Part shown: piece after piece, positions 52,845-62,100 of the stretch
Position numbering within the stretch: position 1 is the stretch's first letter
How the letters are laid out: each line of letters begins with the position of its first letter
DNA from: Spirochaetia bacterium
GTDB lineage: Bacteria > Spirochaetota > Spirochaetia > UBA9216
Direction: 5' to 3'
DNA length: 64,000 nucleotides
Assembly: GCA_963675665.1 (NCBI GenBank)
Contig: OY776510.1
Location: 4,640,001 to 4,704,000, forward strand
Notes under the pieces: model-generated
What the model saw: the letters and a program-made list of their open reading frames with translations, nothing else
Database searches by the model: none
Told to the model about the DNA's origin: nothing
Position numbers and translations under genes: made by a program

Positions 52845-53394
52845 TCCAAAAAAACTGGATAAGCTAAACAATCCTGCCAGGCTTGAAATGATCCCGCCCG
52901 AATATATATGGAAAAAACTGGATCCCGCACGGCATACCAATATGGTGGAAATTGGAGCCGGCACAGGGTTATTCAGCAAAGCTTTTCAAACCCTGTCGGG
53001 CGAAGGGAAAACATTCGCTATTGATGTATCTGAAATAATGGTTGAATGGATGCAGCAGAATGTTGTGCCGGAGAACCCGGATATAATTCCCCTGAAAACC
53101 GACGGGACATCACTCCCTTTTCAGGATGAAACTGTCGACCTTGTTTTCACGATTACGGTTCACCATGAACTTGAAAATCCGACAGGTTTATTGACGGAAG
53201 CAAACAGGATAATGCGGCCCGGCGGTAAAATATTCATTGTCGACTGGAACATGAATGATCCTGATCACGGCCCATCGACAGACATTCGATGCAGCCCGGA
53301 GCAGGTTTCCCGGCAGCTTGAATCCGCGGGCTTTCATAATATTACTATTGACAACGGCCTGGAAAACTTTTTTATTGTTTTTGCGGAAAAATAA
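52828..53394 (+). CDS. Class I SAM-dependent methyltransferase
   Basis: VEIGAGTGLFS, AIDVS, LPFQDETVDLV, RIMRPGGKIFIVDW. Confidence 0.9.
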   Translation: MNRQFNPKKLDKLNNPARLEMIPPEYIWKKLDPARHTNMVEIGAGTGLFSKAFQTLSGEGKTFAIDVSEIMVEWMQQNVVPENPDIIPLKTDGTSLPFQDETVDLVFTITVHHELENPTGLLTEANRIMRPGGKIFIVDWNMNDPDHGPSTDIRCSPEQVSRQLESAGFHNITIDNGLENFFIVFAEK

Positions 53395-53424
53395 AAAAGG
53401 AAGTCCGGCTCGAACCGGGCTTCC
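53393..53424 (-). terminator. Terminator ending the Mrp-Mbx operon (possibly bidirectional)
   Basis: GGAAGCCCGG-TTCGAG-CCGGACTTCC followed by TTTTTT on the minus strand. Confidence 0.7.
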
Positions 53425-53455
53425 ATGCTGATACTCAGTTTAATATAAAGATCCG

Positions 53456-53902
53456 TCAGCTGATTTTCTCAAGCATCCTGCTTATTCTGGTAACATGCCC
53501 GCTTTCCTGTTTAAAAAGCATAACGAACAAATCGACTACATCGGCAGATAGATTGGTCATTGTAGATACCTGCCTGTAAAAATCCCTGGTGTGTTCCTCC
53601 CGTTCAAGAGCAATACCGAGGATCTGACGTTCATCAGCTCCGGGGGGAATCTCCCTGTTCCGGATGAGGCGGTCGAGACTGTCACGGTTAAATCCTGAGG
53701 CCTCACCGTCCTGAGCGGCGTCAAGAATACCGGAAAGCCTTGCTTCGTGCTTTACTTCTTCGGCTTCAAGCTCGGATAGAAGAGGTTTGACGCTTTCATC
53801 GGCAACCAGACCCGAAGCGTTTCTGTAAAATAACATGCTTTCATGCTCTATCTTAATCGAATGCTTTAAAATGTCAGATATTTTCATTTCACCTGAGCTC
53901 AT
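53456..53902 (-). CDS. Ferritin-like (rubrerythrin-type di-iron domain) protein
   Basis: Duplicated E..S..FY...EEVKH and E..T..FY...QESGH helices; start abuts the upstream stop codon. Confidence 0.85.
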   Translation of the reverse strand: MSSGEMKISDILKHSIKIEHESMLFYRNASGLVADESVKPLLSELEAEEVKHEARLSGILDAAQDGEASGFNRDSLDRLIRNREIPPGADERQILGIALEREEHTRDFYRQVSTMTNLSADVVDLFVMLFKQESGHVTRISRMLEKIS

Positions 53903-55756
53903 TTAGTCCTCCTGTGAATTCTGCCCGCCAAGATAGCGGTCGATACCAATTGCCGCAAGATGGCCGGTGGATATACCGGTAATTACATCCGGTCCTTTGA
54001 CTATGTCTCCGCCGACAAAAAGCCAGGGTTCGTTTTTAACCTGGAAATCGCCGTCGGTTACAACCTGCCGTCTCGGACTGAATTCAATACTGTCCTTCAG
54101 GCTTTCCGGAATATAGGACAGGTCGGCCGCCTGCCCGATAGATTCAACTATCATATCGGCTTCGTAGAACTTCCTGTCGTCAAGATCAAATTTCGGGCTG
54201 AAACGGCCGTCCTCATCAAAGATTGCCGTGCATTTGGCAACCTCAAGCCCCCTGATGTTTTCATTATCGGCAATTTCAATCCTCTGCGGCCCGTAGGCGG
54301 GGGTAATCACTGCGCCCTCCTCTCTTGCCTCGATTACCTCTTCATCATCGGCAAGCATGGCGTCCGCCGGTTCAAGACAAGTGGCCGTTACATCCACCCG
54401 TCCGTATTTCTGCCGCTGGATTCTGGCAAGCGAGCGGGTGATGTCCATCGCAACATTTCCGCCGCCGATAACAACTATCTTCTCAGGAACATATATTTCC
54501 TCTCCAAGCGTTATTTTACGCAGCAGATCAATAGACTGAAACACCTTAGAGTGATCGGCGTTCTCCAGCATAGTCGAACGGCCCAGATGCAGCCCGGTTC
54601 CGGCGAACACGGCGTCAAATTTATTCTTCAGATCCTCTAGAGAAATCTCCTTTCCGACCATCATGTTTGTTTCAAGAGTCACACCGAGAGACAGGATATA
54701 GTTTACATCCTTGTCAATCTGGTCATAAGGAAGCCTGTACTCAGGTATTCCGTAGCGCATCATTCCGCCGGCTTCAGGCAGGGCTTCATAGATGGTCACA
54801 TCATAACCCATCCTTGCCAGGTAATGAGCGGCCGACAGGCCCGATGGCCCGGCGCCGATTACCGCAACGGATTTTCCGTTCTTTTCTATGTTTTCAGTTC
54901 CGAGAATTCCCTTGTATTTATCAGCAGGAACATTATCTGCAATATAGCGCTTCAGCCACCGGATGGACAGGGGTTCGCCCTTGTTGCCTATTGAGCAGAC
55001 GGTTTCGCATTTATGGGTACATATACGTCCGCAGACCTCGGGAAGGGGGTTTGTTTCGTAGAGGATTCTAAGGCCCTCTTCCATATCATCTTCACGAACA
55101 GCCTTGATATAAGCGGGAATTCCCATGTGGGCAGGACACGCGGCAGTACATATTCCGCATTCAACACAGCGGTCGGCTTCCTTCTGCGCCTGCTCTTTCG
55201 AGTATCCTTTGATCATCTCTATAAAAGAATCAGAGCGCTTATCTGCCGGAAGATGCTCCATCGACACACGTACAGGAGATGTCAGATCATAATTATCCGG
55301 CTTCCGGTAGCCGGACTCCGATGAGTCCCAGTACTTGTTTTCTCCGCCGATTACAAAACAGTAGTCGTCAGGGCTTCCGAGCCTGTCCCGGTCGACAGCC
55401 TCATCCGCATTTTCGCCTTCTACCGACCAGCGAAACCGGTTGGACATGCCGAGCGAGTTTGTTGTGCAGATATCGACGCAGAGCGCGCACCAGCAGCATC
55501 TTCCATAATCAATCCGGGGCCGCAGACCGGAATCGCCGGGTTTGGCTTCATAGCCTTCAACCGGAACCAGGTCTATCGCGGCATTCTGGCAGATTTCCTC
55601 ACAGGTCCCGCAGCCTATGCATTTGTCCAGATCATTTATATGGAACCCGCGGTACCGCGACGAACCCTGCCGTTCATGGGGATTCTTTATCGTTACAGGT
55701 TCCTTTAAAATATTCTTCCATACTGAAAAAGGATACAATACATCTTTCCAACTCAT
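53903..55756 (-). CDS. NuoI/MbxN-type 2x[4Fe-4S] ferredoxin fused to a GltD/NfnL-type FAD-dependent NAD(P)H oxidoreductase
   Basis: RYRGFH..CIGCGTCEEIC, CCWCALCVDIC; then ADRCVECGICTAACP, CGRICTHKCETVC, IGAGPSG (FAD), IGGGNVAMD (pyridine nucleotide). Confidence 0.9.
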   Translation of the reverse strand: MSWKDVLYPFSVWKNILKEPVTIKNPHERQGSSRYRGFHINDLDKCIGCGTCEEICQNAAIDLVPVEGYEAKPGDSGLRPRIDYGRCCWCALCVDICTTNSLGMSNRFRWSVEGENADEAVDRDRLGSPDDYCFVIGGENKYWDSSESGYRKPDNYDLTSPVRVSMEHLPADKRSDSFIEMIKGYSKEQAQKEADRCVECGICTAACPAHMGIPAYIKAVREDDMEEGLRILYETNPLPEVCGRICTHKCETVCSIGNKGEPLSIRWLKRYIADNVPADKYKGILGTENIEKNGKSVAVIGAGPSGLSAAHYLARMGYDVTIYEALPEAGGMMRYGIPEYRLPYDQIDKDVNYILSLGVTLETNMMVGKEISLEDLKNKFDAVFAGTGLHLGRSTMLENADHSKVFQSIDLLRKITLGEEIYVPEKIVVIGGGNVAMDITRSLARIQRQKYGRVDVTATCLEPADAMLADDEEVIEAREEGAVITPAYGPQRIEIADNENIRGLEVAKCTAIFDEDGRFSPKFDLDDRKFYEADMIVESIGQAADLSYIPESLKDSIEFSPRRQVVTDGDFQVKNEPWLFVGGDIVKGPDVITGISTGHLAAIGIDRYLGGQNSQED

Positions 55757-55759
55757 CTT

Positions 55760-56941
55760 CTACCTCTCGACCTCCGGCGGATATGTATGCAGAGAAACCA
55801 GCGTTCCCGCGACATCGGCGATATTGCAGTTTACAAGCATTTTTTCCGCAAGAGTTACTGCATGGGTATAGGAAGGCCCCCGTACATTCACGCGTCTCGG
55901 ATACCCGGACCCGTCGGTCACAATATAGTAGCCGTACTCTCCACGGGTGCATTCAGCGTTCACATAGGTTTCCCCGGCCGGGATCTTCCAGTGCAGCATA
56001 CTCGGCAACTCCGCCTTGAAAACCCCTGTATCCGGGGTTGCCTCAAGAATCTGTTTAATCAAATCGATCGTCATCAGCGCATCGCGCCAGCGAAGTCTTG
56101 CCCGGGCGTAGACATCCGAATCCGTTTCGGTAACGGGCTCGAAATCAAGTTCGGGATACTTCAGGTACGGATAATCCTTCCGCACGTCCTTCGGAATTCC
56201 GGCGCCCCTTGCATTCGGACCGGTAATGCCGTATTCGTCAACCCATTCGGGGTCAATATAACCAAGCCCCTTTGCCCGCTTTTTGAAAACCGCGTTATTA
56301 AACACTACCCTCTCGTAATCGTAAAGCAGCGGCGTTATATCGGCCAGGGTTTCAAGCATTCTCTTTTTAAAGCCTTCGGGAAGGTTTCCGCGGACGCCGC
56401 CCGGCAGTATGTAGATATGGTATATCCGCGCGCCCGACAGTTCCTCAAACATGTCAAGAACCCGGTCCCTGCTGTAAAGCATCCACTGGCTTGGAATGCC
56501 CATGCCGAACGCCCCGACCTGGCCGCTGAGCCACATCAGGTACGACTGAAGCCGCGCCATTTCAAGGATCAGGGTTCTTATCCAGAGCGCGTTCCCGGGC
56601 ACCTCGACTCCGGCAAGCTCTTCAAGGGCCGCGGCGTAACAGTACTCGTTAAAATCCGGCTCGGGAACGCATATGCGGCAGACAAGCGGAAAATTGTTTA
56701 TAAACCGCCTTCGCTCCATGAGTTTTTCAAATCCCCTGTGCAGGTAGCCGACATGAGTCTTTGACTCCATAACCTCATCGCCCAGCAGGGTCAGCTCAAG
56801 CGACATGTTCCCGGTAATGCCCGGGTGGTTCGGCCCCTGCCAGACCTTCGTAAATTTTCCGCTTGAAAGATCGATATCAATTGTGCCGTCGCTTTTTTTA
56901 TCAGGAAAAAGCTCCCTGTTTTTCACACCGTAATCAAGCAT
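55760..56941 (-). CDS. NuoD/MbxL-like large subunit (hydrogenase-fold, no NiFe site)
   Basis: GPNHPG, GYLHRGFEKL, CRICVPE, RGEYGY, VRGPS; C-terminus SLHTYPPEVER lacks CxxC. Start placed at ATG 56941 after an AGGAG SD. Confidence 0.9.
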   Translation of the reverse strand: MLDYGVKNRELFPDKKSDGTIDIDLSSGKFTKVWQGPNHPGITGNMSLELTLLGDEVMESKTHVGYLHRGFEKLMERRRFINNFPLVCRICVPEPDFNEYCYAAALEELAGVEVPGNALWIRTLILEMARLQSYLMWLSGQVGAFGMGIPSQWMLYSRDRVLDMFEELSGARIYHIYILPGGVRGNLPEGFKKRMLETLADITPLLYDYERVVFNNAVFKKRAKGLGYIDPEWVDEYGITGPNARGAGIPKDVRKDYPYLKYPELDFEPVTETDSDVYARARLRWRDALMTIDLIKQILEATPDTGVFKAELPSMLHWKIPAGETYVNAECTRGEYGYYIVTDGSGYPRRVNVRGPSYTHAVTLAEKMLVNCNIADVAGTLVSLHTYPPEVER

Positions 56942-57497
56942 TATTCTCTCCTGAAGATTTTTCTCCCTCATTTGGATAGAGCTTTTCTTTCATATATTCC
57001 GCAGGATCATTCGTGCTCCGTCCCTCACGCGGGAAATAAGTGTCTTCCGAATATTTCTTCGTATCAAAATCCCTGCGGTACGGAGGAATATCATCCCAGT
57101 ATTCGAGAATAAGCGGATCATTGACCTCGGGGCTTTCCGGGAAATCGATACCGAACATTTCATGAAGCTCACGCTGGTAGGTCTTTGCCGCAGGCCAGAG
57201 GTGGTGGGCCGATTCCATTTCGGATTCTTCTGGCCAAACCGAACGCTCAATGAAAGTCCTTACGCCGAGCCTGGTCTTCGATTTAGGGTTATTAAGCAGG
57301 TATGTCAGCTGAAATTTACCGTCCTCAATCCAGTCTACAGCTGTTATCAGTACAAGATGTGTAAAGCCCTCAGCCGTTTTAAGGTGCGCAAGCAACCCGA
57401 CTGCGTCATTCTTTTCACAGGTTATATACCAGCCGTGCGCTGAATCGACATCCGACAGGGAGAACTTGTTTTTGATATTTTCAATTATCTTTTCCAT
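56934..57497 (-). CDS. NuoC/MbxK-like subunit
   Basis: ITAVDW...LWPAAKTYQRELHEMFGIDF...PPYRRDF. Confidence 0.9.
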   Translation of the reverse strand: MEKIIENIKNKFSLSDVDSAHGWYITCEKNDAVGLLAHLKTAEGFTHLVLITAVDWIEDGKFQLTYLLNNPKSKTRLGVRTFIERSVWPEESEMESAHHLWPAAKTYQRELHEMFGIDFPESPEVNDPLILEYWDDIPPYRRDFDTKKYSEDTYFPREGRSTNDPAEYMKEKLYPNEGEKSSGENNA

Positions 57498-57505
57498 TAT
57501 TCCCC

Positions 57506-58171
57506 CTACCAGTTGTAATCAGGCATATCCCAGTTTTTAATTATCTTTTTCTGGTTGGCCTTATACCATTCGAAATTTTCCGCATACTTGTTGGCGCCTT
57601 CGCCCCTTCCCGCTTTAATTCGCTTCTTTAAAGTTTCAAAAGCATCCAGTAGGGCTTCGGGACGCGGCATACACCCTGTTATATAAACATCTACAGGAAT
57701 ATAATGATCCAGCCGGTTGATTGTGTTGTAACTGTCCCAGTACATACCGCCGTTAATAGTACAGCTGCATAAACCGACCACCCATTTGGGGCCCTGCATC
57801 TGCTCATAACTGCGGACTATTCTTTTAATCGTCTTAACCGACGCATATCCGCCTATAACAAATACCGTAGACTGCCTGGGCGTAGGACGCCAGTGAATAC
57901 CGTAACGGAAGGCATCGTACATCGGGCTCATAAGGGGCCGCATTTCAATCGCGCCGCAGCCGGTACCGAAACCAAGAATATATATAGACTCGGCCCTGCA
58001 CCAGTTGGCGAATTTTTCCAGAGGCGCGATCCCCGACGGTTTATGAACTTTAGGCTTTTCGTCGGCAAAATAATCCTGCATCGGGTCAACTTCAAACTGC
58101 TCGCCGTCAGGGCTGATTACCGTTCTTTTCTCAAGATCAGCCAGTCTTTTTGTGTAGTTCATCTTTGCCAT
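57506..58171 (-). CDS. NuoB/MbxJ-like small [4Fe-4S] subunit
   Basis: GTGCGAIEM, TPRQS, YEQMQGPKWVV.LCSCTINGG.Y.DSY, PVDVYITGCMPRPEA. Confidence 0.92.
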   Translation of the reverse strand: MAKMNYTKRLADLEKRTVISPDGEQFEVDPMQDYFADEKPKVHKPSGIAPLEKFANWCRAESIYILGFGTGCGAIEMRPLMSPMYDAFRYGIHWRPTPRQSTVFVIGGYASVKTIKRIVRSYEQMQGPKWVVGLCSCTINGGMYWDSYNTINRLDHYIPVDVYITGCMPRPEALLDAFETLKKRIKAGRGEGANKYAENFEWYKANQKKIIKNWDMPDYNW

Positions 58172-58172
58172 A

Positions 58173-59114
58173 TCAGTACCTTATATTTACTAAAATAATT
58201 GAGATAATTCCGATAATCATCGGATACTTAATAAACCACCTGATACTGTGATCAACCCGAAACCTTGGAAACGACAGCCCTACAAATACGGACCACATGT
58301 AAACAAAAAAGGTTTTAAGAAAGAAAATCACAAAGGTCAGCAGCCATGTTTCCTGAAGCACAACGCCGCCGAAGAAGAAGTTTACATAAAGAATTGTCTT
58401 GGCAACGGGAAATATTGTCCTGTTGGTCATAAGCATCGCCAGAAAGTGCGACTGCATCTCGGTAGGCGGCCCGATTGGTATTTCCTGGGGCGCAATTACG
58501 ATATCGAAAGGCGAGCGCATCATTGAACCCAGAAATGCCAGCATGGCGGCAGCGGTTGCCACGGGGTTGGTAAACAGCGTCCAGTTAAGAAACGATCCCT
58601 GCTGCGCCGCAACTATTTCGGTAATATTCAGCGTCCCGTACTGGACTGCAATTGAGTATACCGCCATAATCATCGGAATTTCGGCCGCCGTAACCTGGGC
58701 AAGCCCGCGGCTGACCGCTATCATCGAATACGGATGTCCCGATTCCGCCCCGCCGAGCGCCATTCCGAGCGTTCCGAGAAACATGAAATACGAAATAAGA
58801 ACCAAGTCACCGGAAAATGAAAACGACTGAAAAAAAGGCGCACCGTAGATAATCGGCAGAAATATCAGAATACCCGAACCGCCGACAAACCTGAACACGG
58901 GCCCGATATAGAACATCACCCCGTGAGAAACAGACGACCGCGTCGCCCATTGCCGGATAATATTTATATAAGGCTGAAATATCCTGATGCCCCTTCTTTT
59001 TCCTACACGTGCATATATCTTTCCGATTATTCCCTGAAGAACCAGACCGTAATTTATCGTAAGGAAGATGGTAACCAGTGCGTAGAGGATTTTCATATAA
59101 TCAAAATTGCCCAT
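58173..59114 (-). CDS. NuoH/MbxM-like membrane subunit
   Basis: KIYARVGKRRG...QPY, HPYS...RG...AE, RSPFDIVIAPQEIPIGPPTE, PRFRVD. Confidence 0.9.
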   Translation of the reverse strand: MGNFDYMKILYALVTIFLTINYGLVLQGIIGKIYARVGKRRGIRIFQPYINIIRQWATRSSVSHGVMFYIGPVFRFVGGSGILIFLPIIYGAPFFQSFSFSGDLVLISYFMFLGTLGMALGGAESGHPYSMIAVSRGLAQVTAAEIPMIMAVYSIAVQYGTLNITEIVAAQQGSFLNWTLFTNPVATAAAMLAFLGSMMRSPFDIVIAPQEIPIGPPTEMQSHFLAMLMTNRTIFPVAKTILYVNFFFGGVVLQETWLLTFVIFFLKTFFVYMWSVFVGLSFPRFRVDHSIRWFIKYPMIIGIISIILVNIRY

Positions 59115-62100
59115 CTAAAAACCTCCGTTTGAAAGGATGTAGCACAGCACTGTGAATATAACTATCTGCAAAAGATAGGTCTGGCCGTTGCCCGAGTATA
59201 TTCGTCTGAAAAATCCTGCAATAGAGTGCAGCAGATCAGTAATGGAGTTCCAGAATTTTGTCGTCAGCGGATATTCAAGAAAACCGACGGCCTTGCGATA
59301 ATGAGCAAACATATTATACGCGAAATGAGTTGTTTCAGGCCTTGCCGGCCGCTCGGCGGCATATACAATATTGAACTGTTTGATTTTCTGGTTTCCACGG
59401 TTGGAAACAAGCAGAATAATAAAATACAGCGCAAAAAGGCCCATAAAGACCCACATAACGGCCTCTCCGTTCCAGTACCCGTACTCGGAGACAGCCAAAC
59501 CTCCTGACCAGCTCAGGGCGCCTTCCGGATGGAATTCCGAAATGATATCTCCTATCGGCCTCAGGAATGCTCCCGGAAAGAACGACAGGTACATTACTAC
59601 CAGTATCAAAAGAATCTGCGGCAATATAAGCCAGAACGGCGCTTCTTTAACTTTACGGTGCTGATCTTTCAGCTGCCCGAGAAAAATCGCGGCAATCAGC
59701 CTGAACAGATACAGAAAAGCAACAAGACCGGCTACCCCACCGACAACTCCCTGAAGCAGCCAGCCCTTCTCTATTACCGCGTTATAGGTAAGCCAGCGGC
59801 CGCTGAATCCCGCCAGGGGAGGAATTCCCGATAGTGCAATTATACTGACAAGCACGGTAAAAAAGCTTACCGGCATCCGGGTTATAAGTCCCCCCATCTG
59901 GTACATATTGCGCGTCTTCACCCTGTGAACGACCCCTCCGATTGCCAGGAAAAGCACAACCTTGTAGATAAAATGAACAATCGAAAGAGACAGCGCCGAC
60001 AGCCAGCCCAGGTGAGACAACAACGATATGCCGAAAAGCGCGTAGCCCATCTGGCCGATGCTCGAGTATGCAAGAAGACGCTTGGCGTCCTCCTGCATCG
60101 CCGCGAGGTAATTCGCTATAAGGGCTGTAAGAACGCCTACCCAGCTGAGTACATACGGAATATTTATTTTTCCGATAAACTGGTCTCCGAATGCAATAAA
60201 AGTCATTAGAAGTCCAAACACCCCGGCTTTCAAAAGAATACCTGAAACCATCGGGGAGACATCCGTTTCGGCTTCGGCATGCGCACCCGGCAGCCATATA
60301 TGCAGACCGGCCGAGGCTGTTTTCGTCATGAAGCCGACGGCCAGCAGCAGGGTTATAATGCCCGAAAAGCTGCTTGAGGACGCTTCCGCCAGCATTGTCA
60401 GAGCAATTGACGATGTCCCGGTTTCGGCATAAACCGCTGAGAATCCGGACATAATCAGGTAGGCTCCTCCGAGCGAAAAGAGCATATAACTTAAGGCATG
60501 AGGCTTGGATTTTTTACCCCTCAGGATAAGAAAATATGAGCCCAGTGTCATTAATTCCCAGAAGAAGAAAAAGCTAAGCATATCGGCGGCTTCGATTATT
60601 CCCACAAGGCCTGCAAACATCATGGTCACGGACGGGTAAAAACCGGGGCGTCGGCCCTTTTTCATAAACCCGGGAAGCAGAGTTATCACGGCGCCGATGA
60701 TGAAAATGGCCGCAAATATTGATTTATAACCTTCAATCTCACTAAGCAGGGGGTAGCCGTACCAGCCGACCGCTGCAATAAGCAATATATTCTTTACTAC
60801 GGCCGGCAGAAAATCCAGCAGCAGAATTGCCAGGACTGCCGCCGGAAGCAGCCAGTTTATGCTGTTCTCAAAAACAGACAACTCGGCCGACAGATACCCG
60901 AGAACAACAAGGGCTGCCGAGCCTGCGATAACCGGTAAAAGAGTGCCGAAGCGCAGATCGATTGAATCTTCTTCATTGTAAGAATCTTTAACGGCGTTGC
61001 CGAACCAGCGCATGAGATAAACCGCCTCAAGCAGTCCACCGCCCAAAATAACGAAAATCCAGGCATATTGCCCCTTTGAAGCCAGAGCAGTTATCAGGTC
61101 CCATTTGGCAAAGAAAGACGGAAACGGCGGAAGGCCGAGAAGCGCGCCCACGGCTATTGCAAATACCACAATAAGGATATTACGTTTTCGGATAACACCC
61201 CATTCATTAATTGATTCCCTGTTGATAATGCCTGCAAGCCAGAAAAGCACCGCCTTGGCTATAGCGTGCGTAATCAGAAGTCCGAGAACTATCAGTTCGC
61301 CGTTCACAATTCCAAGGGATTTCACAAGGGCAAAAACAAGCATAATGAGACCAATCTGGGAGATGGAAGAATAACCCAGCAATCTGCGCGCTGTAACCTG
61401 CTTCAGGGCAATAATGTTCATTCCGATAAACGTAATTACCCCGATATACATTGCGGCATCGATAAATATTCCACCGGTAAGATCGGTAACCTTCATAAAG
61501 GCGTAAAACATGGCCGTAGCGGTTCCGCCGGCTATCATTGCGCTAACCGGCGGTATCGAAGCCTGGTAAACATCAAGGCCCCAGCCGTTGGCCGGAAAAG
61601 GCTTTAATTCAAGCACTACGCCGATAAACACCAGGAAAAGGCCCGCATAACCGCCCGAAGCAAGAGCGGGTGTCATCATTCCCGAGATAACGTCGATATT
61701 AAGCGAACCTGTCTGATAATATGTAAAAATTATGCCGATCAGCATAAATCCGCTTGCAAGTGCGCCTGCAATAATAAACTTGAACCCCGCACCCAGCTGT
61801 TTTAGATCGGATTTCAACGCAATAAGTCCGGCAGACGCAATGCTGACGATCTCAATAAAAACAAAGAGGTTAAAAAGGTCCCTGGTCAGAATAATACCGT
61901 TCAGGCCCATCGTAAAAACAAGCACAAGCATAAACATATATACTGAAGCCTGTTTGTACTTCCGGCCGAAATGCATTGTGCTTAAAAACGCCGTAAGATT
62001 AACCAGAAGCAATAATACTGATTCTATTTTCCCCATGTATAGATTAATTGATAACGGGGGCGCCATCCCTGCCGTAAAAATCCCGGCGCCGTCAACTGAG

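Noticed and set aside
53903-55756. Glutamate synthase small subunit (gltD)
   Set aside because: No gltB nearby; it is fused to a NuoI domain and embedded in the Mrp-Mbx operon.
55760-56941. Group 4 [NiFe]-hydrogenase large subunit
   Set aside because: No RxCxxC or C-terminal DPCxxC, and no maturation genes in view.
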